From Lama glama (taxonomy: Eukaryota), in contig CM052816.1 in the NCBI GenBank assembly GCA_028534125.1, positions 79,424,001 to 79,488,000 of the forward strand: a DNA stretch of 64,000 nt, read 5' to 3'. A program made the position numbers and the translations under genes. The notes under the pieces were generated by a model. It saw nothing but the letters and a program-made list of their open reading frames with translations, did not search any database and had not been told where the DNA came from. Below are positions 12,355-24,170 of this stretch, in pieces (position 1 is the first letter of the stretch; every line of letters begins with the position of its first letter).

Positions 12355-13639
12355 TCATGGATCCCTGTAAATAGTCTATAGACTATTACTTTGTATTCAG
12401 GAGCTGCTGCTATGTCACCTTCAGGTGGTCTTGTTCCCCTGCTCCCTCCCTCTGGATTTTGCACTATGCCTGCTGTTTGTGTTGACAGAAGACCTGAAAT
12501 CTAGCCTCTGAACGACTGGGGAATAATTGTATCCTATTCCATCACTCTCAACTCATCAGGCAAATGGTCAGTAGCAAACGCTTTGCTACAAAAAGTCACT
12601 AGAAAAATAAAATCGTAATCCACTTCCTTCGAAATGGCAGGATATATTAATAAGGCAATTCTGATATGGATAAAATAGAGGCATTTTTGGATATAAAGGC
12701 CAGAGAAGAACAGTAAACACATATTATTTCATTGTCAAGTAGTTTACTATCAATAAGCAAATACGAAAGCATGTGTCTGCAGCTGTGTATGCACAGGACA
12801 CTTCAGGTACTGTGTGCTACAGGGGCACAAAAGAGAACCATGAGTGAAGCGCTGTAACTAATGGCAAAACAACAAAAGGAAAACATGCAGAAAAAATGAA
12901 AGAGAAGAAAAAAGAATACATGCAGGAAATTAGATGAAGAAAAAGATGAAAGAAAAGCACATAAGCCAGGAACACATAGATTTAAAAAGTATGAGAAGAA
13001 ACATACAAAGCCAAAGAGAGAAAGAGAAAGAGAAATGGAGAGACATAAGGGGAGAGAAACAGTAAGGGGAAAAAAGGAAAAGAAAAGGAAATCTTATTTT
13101 CCCCTCTTTGGTTTATCAAATTTCTTTTTCCCAGTAAATGTTCTGAGTACCATGACTAACTTTATGACGGCCACCTCTGTAAGGCAATCTGCACTCACAA
13201 CTGGAATTTCCTACAAGAAAGAAGAGGTGGGTTGACTCTAGGACAAGGAACAATGCAGAATACGAGGAATAAATGAACCATGGGAGCCCAGTGATGATCT
13301 TATTCCTGAGCTCTAAAATGATCTACATCTGGGAAAATGTTGTTCAGCAACTGCTCAACCATGCCTCCAATCTTCCAAGCCGCACGTCTGATCCCCATCC
13401 CTAAGGTTTCCGTTTGCTGCAGCCTTTGCTGTGGGCCTTTGTGGATGGTCTACTTTAGGCTGGGACGGCGGATGGAATGCTCTCTGTGCTTCTGCACCCA
13501 GATGGCCCTGAGCCAGCTGGAGGAAGCACAGAAGATAAGCCTTCCACATTCTGATGGTAATGAGGAGAGAACAGGCTCTGGGAAATATTTTCCTGTTAGA
13601 CTCCTTGACTGCTTCTAAGCCCCCAAACTGTGGATAGTT

Positions 13640-13800
13640 ATACAGCCTCAGTTTCTTGTCTTTAAAAAAGGAGGAGGGTTAGGGTTTCTACCTCCTAAGG
13701 GTTGGTTTGAGAATTAAATGAGATACTGTAAGTAAAGTGCTTAGCATAATTCCTGGCATATATATATAGTAAGTGCTCAGTGATTATTTTTATTGTTATT
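13640..13800 (+). mobile_element. MIR SINE
   Basis: agcctcagtttcttgtctttaaaa...gagaattaaatgagatact...aaagtgcttagcataattcctggcata. Confidence 0.8.
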
Positions 13801-14039
13801 ATTACTGCCTCCTAATTTAAGGCAACAGGTTATATCGATTACACAATTCATAAGCTCCATAACAGGTCCTCCATGACTACAGTACAAACATCCTTATTTA
13901 AAAGTGATTCAGTACTCAGAGAGCAAATATTTGACACTGTCCTTAAATTCAGATACAGGCCTACCCTTGGGGCCAAATAAGAGCTATAACACTCTTACCA
14001 GTCTGGGGAAGCACATGTAATCAAGCACGGTTGATTTTT

Positions 14040-14366
14040 TTTAAACACCTTTATTGTGGTATGGTTCTTGTACAGTAAACTACACATATTCAAATGTACA
14101 ATTTGATGAATTTTGATCGATGTATATACACCAATGAAACCACTACCACAATCAAGATAGCTAACATTTCCATCACTCCCCACGAGGTGCAATTTTCAAT
14201 TTCCCAGTTTATCCCTTCGCACCCCCTTTACCTCCTGGTAACTATTAATTTGTTCTCTATGCCTGTGAGTCTGTTTCTGTTCTGTAGATAAGTTCATTTG
14301 TTTCTATTTTTTTTTTAGATTCCATATATAAGCGATATCATAAGGCATTTTTCTTTCTTTTTCTGG
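14040..14366 (-). mobile_element. 5'-truncated L1 3' end, chimeric, with 19-bp TSD
   Basis: TSD tcaagcac(g/a)gttgattttt at 14021-14039 and 14367-14385, with L1 3' UTR sequence in between. Confidence 0.88.
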
Positions 14367-14694
14367 TCAAGCACAGTTGATTTTTGTAGCAAAACATTTG
14401 AGTGGCAGAAATAAAAACTAAACACAGTCTCGCAGCATTTCTGGTCAAGTTTTGCCACCAGGTGAATAGATTTGGGGATTTGGGAATTGTAGATCAGGGA
14501 CTGCAGACCTACACATTCTATGCTAAGTAGCCTTCGCCCCTCCTCTACAAGAAGAGCAAAGACCTAACCTAGGTTGTCAACCACACTGAAAAAGCCAAGC
14601 CAGTTTACTTTGATTCGAGAGACAGAAGGCAGCTGCTGGTGGCGGGGCCCTGGTCTGGTCCCATTAGACCCTGGTGCTCCTAGGAGCTGGCCCA

Positions 14695-15203
14695 GTGTTC
14701 ACAGCAAGGCCTTGGCCTTCTTCTGCTGAACGTAATCAATTTCACAGCATGTCAACACCAGACAAGGCTACCCTGTGACCCTGATGGATTCAGACAAAAA
14801 CAAAGTCCCTCTGTAATCACGTCTGAACTCAGACCAAAACAATAATGTCCAACACACAAAAATGACCAAACATCATCTGCCTATTCTGACTAATGTGAAT
14901 GGTTGCTGCTTTTTCTTTTTTCTGTGCTTTGTTCCCCCCACTCCCTAGGTAAGATTTTTATTAAGATACCCAGTCACAGGGTTGTCTATGCTTCCTTAAA
15001 GAATCCAATTCTTAGCAAAGCACCGCTTCCTTGATCCCTCCTCCAAAAACACCTAACACAAGCCCAAATGCTGTAAGTCCTTTCTGATAGCCACTTACTG
15101 AGATGCCCCACAGTTCCTGTGGTATCTGTTGTAACAAGTCAATAAATTCAATTTTGTTCAACTACAGATGTATCCTGTGCTCCTCAGCTGGAGGATATTG
15201 ACA
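14695..15203 (+). mobile_element. ERV1 solo LTR, MER67-like
   Basis: tgtcaacaccagacaaggc...cacctaacacaagcccaaat...aataaa...ggaggatattgaca (ends in CA, polyA signal present). Confidence 0.75.
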
Positions 15204-18189
15204 ATTTCTTTTATTCCAGTATAAGAATAGGACGATGAACTTTTACAATTTTCTCCTTTGAAGACTTTGTCATAATTCTTAAGATTTACGATCTGAAACA
15301 AAATCTCAATTGCAATATTACAAACTTCTTTAATAGTTAAAATATTGAGTGGTATTCTTTTCTTGGGACTTCATATCTTAAAATTTTGACATTGATTTAT
15401 ACAACAGCCTTTTGCTATTAGATTTGCTGCCTCAATTTCTAGTCAATGGAAGCCAAGTTTCAGTCAAGGAAAACGCTGCTGAGCTAACCAGAAAATATCA
15501 AATAATCTGTTGTTTTATGCGACAAGCACTCTGTTTCCTAATGACCCTGAAGGCTGAGCTCTGAGGAACTGTGTAGTTTAATGACACCAGGGAAAAGAGG
15601 AGTGAACTAAAAGTCAGCAGACCCAGAATCTTCTGCTAACTTGTCACTACTTAGTTGTATAACTTTAAACAAATCTCTAAACATATCTGATTTAATTTCC
15701 TCATGTGCCAAAGAAGAATTAAATGATGTCTAAGATTCTTTTTCAGATCTAAAATTCTGTGTATCTATGATACAATAAGGTCATGGGCCAATAAAAGGTC
15801 ACCACAATATATTATAAAATACTGTATATAAATAAATATTCAATAGGATTTTTTGGTATCTCTACTCTTTTCTTACAATAAAATTTGATACTTTTGAAAA
15901 TGTGTGGACATAAGACCTAATTAACAAAGTATAGTTACTGCACAAGGGGATCCAAATTAAGGATGTCCCTAAAATTGGGGACAACAGTAGAAAATATCAC
16001 TCTCTAAAACAAAAACTACTAAGATTTAAAACAAAAGGACAAAATTAGCCACCTACGGAAATTCACTTATTTTTTAAAAACTCAATTAACAAGGAATATA
16101 GAATTATCTCTTAAAACTCACAATAATTTATCTACTTAAATTTCTTACACATCATGTAAATGATAATCTCAAGATGTATTAAACTCATTCAGAATAGAGA
16201 TACACTGCAATGAAAGAAGAATACACAAATATCATAATTTCAGAAGCCTTTGTAGCAGTGGTAACACTGGAAGATGTCATTGAACAGTATGGTTTCCCCA
16301 GGCACTGGGAGAAGAGGAAGAAGAGGGAATCTGACTTTAAGCTAAACTAACCTAATCTAATCTAATCTAACCACTCACTGAAGTCAAGATAAAATCTCAC
16401 TAGAGCAGAAAAGTAAAACATACCAAATATTAACTTGATTTGAGGGTTCTTTTGGTAATATTTAATTTCTGATTGTCAAGGAGAAATCTGATCTATAAAT
16501 TTGGTCTTCTCCTGTGTGTACCAGCTCAGTAAGATGTACATCATGTTCCCTTACCAGTATAGGTTATTCGGTTATCCTTTTCCTCATGATGAATTAGTAC
16601 CGTGGCTTATAAAATCAGCAGAATGTCATTTTAGTTAGCATGTGACAATTCCTAAGAAGTCGCTTAAAGTAATAGAGTGGAACTTCTGAAATCTCAAAGG
16701 TGAGGATCAAAGTACCCAGGGTGACCTTCTTGAGATGGGCAAATCCGTAAGGTTCAGCCTAAAACAATACTTTACCTTACTTTTGCCCCACTCATACATT
16801 CTCATGTAATAAACAATTATTTACTAAGTGTCTACTATGTGACCGGTACTATAACAGGCATTCTTCTAAAGTAAGAGACAGAAAAGTAGTCAAAATAATA
16901 TTTATTGAGTGTCTAGATCTGGTATAAATGATAGGCACTGTGGTAGATAGTTTCCATTTGCATGTCATTTGATACCCTCCCCAATATATAGCAATTATTA
17001 TTATTATTTCTCAGAGTATAAAATTGGGACTAGAGATTATTATTTCTACTTTGGATACTACAAAATTGAGACTTAGAGATACTTAACTTTCCAACCTAGT
17101 ATTCTCTTTTTTGGTTCTTTGATACCATTGATAACAATGTTTAAGATTATTAAAACAATAAAAATATGCATATAAAGTATTTACCATTTTCAATATAGCC
17201 CCACCCAGAGCCCAAAAGAATATGGACTGTCTTAAATATCCATCTTTACAAAGAATCTGATCCGTATAGCATGTGGTACTCAAAGGCTTCTACTCATTTA
17301 CGGAGAATGTTCAATTGTGACATTCTGGTGTAAATTTTCTCTATGGTGAATTCAAAAGAGTTTTGTAACAGAAGCAATGCTTATTCCTGAAAATGAGAGT
17401 TCTTAAAAAATTTTACAGGAAATCTTCCAGTAACAATTATCTGTTTTGCTTATTCTTTATTATTAAAATAATTGCTTGAATTTCAGATGTAATTTTGCAT
17501 TGAGCAACTTTTTATATTTTAAGACATTTCATTTAACATATACATCTAAGCATTATTTTCCAGGACAAATGGCTTAGTTAAATTTAACTCCCTGGGGATC
17601 CTTAGCTTTAGTAACATTGATCTGAATCTTCATATGCTGAGACTAATCAGGTCCCTGGTGACTCCCAGAAACTTCACTAAGGGGAGGGAGGGAGACTATT
17701 CATAATTGAGGATCGCTGGAATCCAGGTCCTTTACTGCTGATGTTCAGGGTAGTCCAGGCAACACAATATGCAACATAATATGCTTTATACAAATTGACT
17801 TCCACTTTTCAGAATAATCCAGAAATCAATTGGCTTTAGCTGCCTCTGCAGTGACTAAATCATTATTGAGCTTCACCAAGGCAGCAAATGCATTCACTTG
17901 GCCTTTACATTCTCATTTCTGTTTCTGCCCCAGCAAGCAACATATGGACTGGAACACTCCCAAACAAACACTAATAAGTCCACTTTTGCCATTTAACCAT
18001 CTAGGAATTAGGTTATGCCCTGTGAAGTTACAACAGGCTTGGGTGGTTGAATCTGTGTGCTTTTTGTGCCTTCAAACTGAACAATAATCCTGATAAATGG
18101 AGTTCATATGAAAATACATTTGGGAGGGCTGAATTTCTAAAAAATAAATTCCCTAAGTATAAACTCAAATATATAATACAGTGCCTAAG

Positions 18190-18420
18190 AGCACTAGTCA
18201 AAGATCTAGCTTCAAATTGTAGCTCTAGGACCTACTAGATGGGTGACTCTGAACAAATTACCAAGCCCTCAGCCTTTGTACTCATCTGTACAACTGGGAC
18301 AAGGCCTCTTAGGGTTTGGGGTTTTTTTTTTTAAGATTAAATAAAACAATCTACGTGAAAGGCTTAGCACAGGGTCTGGTGTAAGTACTGAAGTGCTTAA
18401 TAAAGTATAACTTTCATTAT
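18190..18420 (+). mobile_element. MIR SINE
   Basis: gcttcaaattgtagctcta...ctcatctgtacaactggg...gtgaaaggcttagcacagggtctgg...aagtgcttaataaa. Confidence 0.7.
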
Positions 18421-18599
18421 TACTATTCTTTCATTTATAAACCCATTTGAGAAAATAACTTACATAAACTTCCCAATACTTTAAGGTGCTCACCATATTT
18501 CATCTAAAGTGTTAAACTTTTTCTCCTATTTTGTCATGTGATATTAGATCTTCTTTTTTGATTTTGTATTTGTAAGGCCATACTGAATTGTCCTTTCAA

Positions 18600-19370
18600 A
18601 TTAAGAAGGCATTATAAGCAAAAAGTCAAATAACACAGATGCATAAAGAAAAGCTAGCAATCTTCTTTTCTCCCAGGGTAGCCAATACCAATACACCAGT
18701 TTATATCTTCCCACATTTTTCTCTATGCTTACACAAACCACAAAATGAAGAGTCATGTATGTAACAGTCTGATATATGTCTCTCCACACATTTCTCTTTC
18801 ACATTCTCACACAACATTGGAATTATACTAGTTCCAATAGGCTATAACTTTTGTTTTTTACTTGACAAAAATACATGAGCATCCTTTAGGCCAAAAGTCA
18901 TTCTTCCTAACCACTGCATAACAACCCATAGCATAAATACAGCATCATTTACTCAAGGATTCTACTACTGAAGGGTATTCAAATTGTTTCCTTTTTTTTT
19001 CTTTTTACCTCTACAATCCATATGACAATAAACATCCTTGTTCAAATGTCCTTACATTGGTGATTTTATTTGAGTATGATAGCTTCTGAAAAGTGAGATT
19101 TAGCATTCACTATATCCTAAGGACTATTCTAAATGCTTCACATTTATTATCTCATTTAATTGTGACACAACTCAATGAGGTATTATTATTACTCCTATTT
19201 TGAGTATCGTAAAATTTAGGTAAATAAATTGCCCAAGGTGTTAACTGTGGATAAGTGATTTCAACCTAAACAGTCTGACCTTCAAGTCCTTGTTCTTAAT
19301 AGGACACTTAACCCAGAAATTGTCCAATTACTTTCCCAGGAGGTTGCACCCACTTACAATCCTTCCATGA
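18600..19370 (-). mobile_element. Old L1ME-type 3' fragment interrupted by a MIR (about 19100-19290)
   Basis: gaagggtattcaaattgtttcc...gacaataaacatccttgttc; the MIR core reads ctcatttaattgtgacacaactcaatgaggt...ttgcccaaggt. Confidence 0.55.
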
Positions 19371-21167
19371 CAGTTCCTATAAACCATTCAAAGCCTTCTA
19401 TTGTACAGCAGAGAATGGCTTGTCTCATGACAGAAATCAGCAACTGGCAGTGTGCTTCTTAGATGCACAGACCTATCTTGTCGGTTTCCAAACACAGATG
19501 AGTGTGTTCCCTACAGTCTGAAAAGCCTTTAACCACATGGAATTTTGTTACCTCGGAGACTCTATCTCTCTTTAAGCTCCTCTTAGCAGTTGGAATCAAA
19601 GAATGAATATGGATTTCTAGGGAAGGGGATGTGGAATACTGCAGCTGTCTCTACTGACAGCTTCCAGCTTTATACTTCAGGGAAACAGACATTGGGAATT
19701 GTCCATTCATAGTTTACATTGTTAAAATTCTTACTGAAAAAGTCTCCAGTCTTTTAACTTCCACAGAATAAAGTAATTCTTCCTCCTCCTCTCAAAACCC
19801 AAATTCCCCAAACTGATTACAATTATAATGGCATACTACTGTTTTTATATTTCTTATTAATTTTGTTTACTTTTCTCAAAAGTGTTTCAATATGCAATGG
19901 AGTTTTAGGGACTTGAGCAAAGGGTGTGATTTTTATTAATCAAACCAATGAACCAAATTAAAGCCAGTAATCTGTAACTACTTTTTATTGGAAGAGTATA
20001 ACTTAAGGGCATGATATTGCATTTTGGCTCCCGTGGTCGAGAAAGAAAGAAGAAAAATACTAAACACCATCCTGAGATCAGCATCACATTTTAGTTGAGA
20101 AACAATCAGAGCGTGTGTGTGGCGGTTTGGCAAAGAAAAAGCCCAGGTTTTTATGCCTTAAGAGATGCAACTGGAGGAGTTCCAAATTTAAAGATTCCAA
20201 TGCTGACAATAAATATTTTGCTGTTGCAGAAACACTACTGGCCTAGCAAATTCTGTGGATGACCTGAGGCTGGGTTGGCACTGTTACCACTCTGGTAATA
20301 AGGCGGCATTATGCAAGGGTGCTTCTGGTAAAACAGATTGCAGTGATCTGGGTGGAAAGCCTCTTATTGCCTTGAGGAAAAACCGTGCTGTAAAATCAAT
20401 TCTTGTCAAGGAAACAACAGAAAGAAGTTGAGATGCAGGATAGTGCTATGCTAGCATTACTTGGTTGTCACAGAAGTTGCCAGCATATAAAATTGTCTCT
20501 GTGATTGTGGGATTTAGAAACTCTGAGTGGCAGCTCCATGGCTGGGATGAAATCAGGTTAGTGAATAAGGTCAGCTCTGGGCAAGAATGAACAGTAGTCA
20601 GAAGAAGTTAATGTGCAAATTCTGAACTAAAACTTCTGAAATCTGTAAATGTTAACATAGTCTGCGTTAACTCATTGCACACACACCCTCTCCTGCTAGG
20701 CAGTTAGGTACGGCAGGTATGAATGGATCTGTTTTATACTGGAGGACACACACTCAGAGAAGGCATTGTAACTCGTTCGGGGGCACACATCTAGTGGTGC
20801 GGCAGCTGGCTTTCAGGCTTCCTATTTCAGAGGCTTGCCAGCACATCATGCCTCCGAGAGTGTGAAGGGAGCAATGTCGGGGCCAGACTAGAGTCCATAA
20901 AATTCTTTTGTCCATAGGAGCAAGGAAGCCCTCCCTACAGCCTCTGATTGCTCAGAACCACAGTAGGTCAGAGCTTTTGGAGTTGGGCCCACCGCGATGA
21001 TGGGTAACTCTGAGCGGCGGAGTGGAGGCAGGAGACGCCCTGCGGCGGCTGAGGTGCGCCGGCGGCGGCAGTTCGCGCCTTCCTTGCCACCTTCCACCAG
21101 CGCGCCGCGCTCCAGGCTCCCCGCCCCTCTCGTCCCCAGCCCGCTCCCCTCTGTCTGTGTCACTCAC

Positions 21168-21225
21168 TCACGGTCTGGGACACCTTCAACTCCTGGTTGA
21201 GCCACTGACACAAGATCTCGGACAT
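21168..21225 (-). CDS. SPEF2: SPEF2 coding exon 1 (ATG at 21225; MSEILCQWLNQELKVSQTV+1 nt)
   Basis: Reverse complement reads aaaccATGTCCGAGATCTTGTGTCAGTGGCTCAACCAGGAGTTGAAGGTGTCCCAGACCGTGA|gtgagt. This matches the recalled SPEF2 N-terminus (MSEILCQWLNKELKVSRTV), has a canonical donor and lies in a CpG island. Confidence 0.96.
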
Positions 21226-21303
21226 GGTTTGGGCCTGCGCCTTCTACCTCAGGCAGGTACTACGAACGCGCGGGAAACCCGGCCCGCCTGCCCGCGTCCT
21301 CCT

Positions 21304-21334
21304 GTTGCCAAGGGCAACCCGTTGCTAAGGAAGC
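21304..21334. promoter_or_regulatory. Tandem RFX X-box motifs
   Basis: GTTGCCAAGGGCAAC (21304-21318) fits GTNRCC-N0-3-RGYAAC. It is followed by the near-consensus GTTGCTAAGGAAGC (21321-21334), about 80-110 bp upstream of the ATG. Confidence 0.8.
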
Positions 21335-21414
21335 GTATCCAGGCCACGACTAGACGAAAGGCTGGGAGAAGAGGGACGCCAAAGGCCACCTGAGAAGGAC
21401 AAAAAAATCGTAGC

Positions 21415-21430
21415 TTGCCCCCTGGTGGCG
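21415..21430 (-). promoter_or_regulatory. CTCF-like motif
   Basis: Reverse complement cgCCACCAGGGGGCAa closely matches the CTCF core. Confidence 0.6.
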
Positions 21431-21445
21431 GGTAAGACCCGGATT

Positions 21446-21457
21446 TGCGCAGGCGCA
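21446..21457. promoter_or_regulatory. NRF1-like motif
   Basis: TGCGCAGGCGCA within the CpG island. Confidence 0.6.
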
Positions 21458-21934
21458 GTGGGCGTCGAAGGGCTGAAGGTGGGAGTGGGGACCAGCAGGG
21501 CACTGAGAAGTGCGCGAGGTATAGTGCGCGGAGAGGGTGAGTTGGGGAAGCTTGTGGATTGAGCACTGGGTTCTTGGACGAGCAGGAAGAGTTTTGAGAA
21601 GGGGATTTTTTTTTCTTCCTGTTTGTCTTTTAAAGAAACCTATGGAAGCTCTTGCTCCAAGACAGCAGTTTTGTCGTTAATTTACAAATTGCCAGCTTTA
21701 ATTGCTATAGTGTATGAGCTACCGAGGCAGGGAGGGACTATGTCTTATCCATCTTTTAGTCCTAGAACTGATAGAGGTCCTGAACCGCAGCAAGTATTCA
21801 ATAATTTTTGTTGGTCGTTGTGGTGACAGAATTAACAATTAGGATAATTCATATGTTTATATTGTTTTGAGAGATGAATAAATAACGAAAGTATTTTCTG
21901 GTCAATTTTTCCTTCCAGGTAATTACTTTAAATT

Positions 21935-22375
21935 GTATTTTGAGACTCTCACTTTGTCCAAAACTTAGTTGGGTTCCTGTGAGCCCTCTTCTCCCGGAGG
22001 CCCCACCTTGAACTTTGTCCTGGGCCCCTTTGTCAAGTTTTAGCAAGAATCCTGCTGGATCATTTTAATGAAGATCCTCCACCCTCCATATCTGATCAAA
22101 TTTCTGATCTCTCACCCCTGATATCCGATCATCCTGGCCTGTCTTCAGTAAGAATCCTGTCAAGTGAGTTCAGCCCTTGCCCCTGATGTTTCCTCTTACT
22201 ACTTTGCTGTCCGTTTACCCCAACCCTGCTCCTTGGCTGTAAATCCCCGCTTTTCCTTGTTATATTCAGAATTGAGTCTCAAGTCTCCCTTACTACAAAA
22301 CCCCACTGCAGTAGTCCCTTGAATAAAGTCTTTCTTACAGTCTTTACCAAGGGTCAGAAAAATTTTCTGTTAATA
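21935..22375 (+). mobile_element. ERV1 solo LTR, MER31-like, just upstream of the SPEF2 promoter
   Basis: Repeated tagcaagaatcctgct / cagtaagaatcctgt and atatctgatc motifs, then ccttggctgtaaatcccc and gaataaagtctttctta. Confidence 0.78.
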
Positions 22376-23959
22376 ATTTTTAATAGTTTAGATGGAATAA
22401 TGGGGGAAAAATACACATAGAATATATATAATAGTATATATGTGTGTGTCACAGATGTAAAGAATTTTCTCCCCAAAGACCTGGATACATCAAATTATGA
22501 TTCTTTTAAATAGTAATGTCCCACTGGAAGAAATGTTTCTTAAGATTAATCTGATCTGTGTGTCCTGATTGGTTAAAAGTTTAGTACCATTTCTATGTTG
22601 GCTTCACTTAACTTTTAAATCTCCCAAACCATGAGTTTCCTCACACCCAACACAGCAGGCGTAATTTGGGGATATTGAGGGAGATTTATTGCCAACAGAA
22701 ATGAAGCCTGATCCATTTCATATGTTTCACCTTAGAGTTACCCAAATTCGCAAGATTATAAGATTCTAAACAACCTCTGTAGCTTGGGGAATGTATCTAA
22801 TAAAACTTTATCCATTGGAAACATGTCATCCCTGAAAATACTTGCAAAGGATGAATATGTGCCTAGAAATGCCCTCTGAGACACCACTGCTTTTTGTCAT
22901 CTCAGTAGTATATTTAAATTGATGACTAGTGCTGTATTACTAAGAAGTTACAAGCTTTAATTTTAGTCTATAGAGCCCGGGGGATAGAAACTGCTGGTTT
23001 CTAGATGCTGAGAAAATTGCTTTGGGAGAAGGATGTAGATAATGGTGCATCAGACTCCACAGCTGCACCAGAAGAGAATGTTTGAGCTCATAAAGCACCC
23101 TTAGGTATGTGCTATTATTCCCAGATCAAAGCAAAATATTTATGCACCTATCTTAGGAACTGTTTGGTGGTGGTTTCTTGCTTGTTTCAAAGGGTTATGT
23201 GTGGTGTTGGTCTTTGGAACCCAGCTTCAAACAACGTAATATGCCAATGTGGTCTTTTGGAAAAGAAGTTTATATACAGGATTTAGATAAATGCAGATAT
23301 AGACATTTTCTAAAATAAAAGGCAAAGTTCCTCATTTCACAAAAAAAGAGCATGAATCGTTTTTCAGCTCCTAAAGCACCCAACTTGAAAATGATCTGAC
23401 ATTAAAATATTAATGAAATTTTGAGCTATTACACAATACATGCATTTTGCTATGTGTTTTATTTTGTAATTGCTAATTTAATTAATAGCCCAAGTTTACC
23501 ATTAAATCTATTGCCACCTCATTGAAATCCCAGCTCTGGGTAAGGTTTCTAGCACTGACCATGTTGGTATTTTGCATTAATATGAGATATGAATTGTTTG
23601 GTCCCCTATGTGAAATCAGTTGGGAGAGGAGATGGTTAAAGAAATGGACAGCTTCTCATCTGTTCCTGAGATGGCTTTCTTATTGTTCTGAATTAGATTT
23701 AGAATTTAGAATGTCTGAATACTGCATTTAATTGTCACTATCATAGCAATTTTAAATTAAAATTTATTTTTAAAAGATTACTTGTCATTTAATTATAAAT
23801 GTTTCTCCTTTGTAAATAGTCAAGGATGAATTAGAAAGGGTTATTTTGAGACCACAAGTTGGGTTGAAAAGTCCTGCTCCATATTGAAATGAAATACACC
23901 TTAGTCTTTTAAAAAATAATTATAACTTTTTTTATAAATGAAATTTTGCACTATCAATA

Positions 23960-24170
23960 AAGCTCAAGCTTTGAACCAGACACATTTGCATCCTGATGTC
24001 TGCTCTTTATCTGACTAGCTCTTCAACTTTGGAAAACCTACTTCACCTCTCTGAGGCCTACTTCCTTATCTGTAGAATAAGGACATCGATATTTGTTTGA
24101 CATAGTTATGAGGATTAAAAGATAAATTGCACATGTTAATGCCTGGCTCACAGTAGATACTAAACCAGTG
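23960..24170 (+). mobile_element. MIR SINE
   Basis: gctttgaaccagac...cttcacctctctgaggcc...tgaggattaaaagata...gcctggctcacagtagatact. Confidence 0.75.

Larger units (their letters stand above)
20990..21560. promoter_or_regulatory. SPEF2: CpG island / SPEF2 promoter and 5' UTR
   Basis: Sharp rise in GC and CpG content in an otherwise CpG-depleted window, spanning the start codon. Confidence 0.92.

Noticed and set aside
12571..12589. Hairpin gtagcaaa-cgc-tttgctac
   Set aside because: An isolated 8-bp stem is expected by chance in 64 kb and has no supporting context.
20888..21566. Several overlapping 67-123 aa ORFs at the CpG island
   Set aside because: Expected from stop-codon scarcity in GC-rich DNA; only the 58-nt SPEF2 exon matches a known protein.
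22960..23110. Possible + strand exon ending ttag|gtatgt
   Set aside because: The acceptor is ambiguous and there is no coding signal, so it cannot be supported without RNA data.
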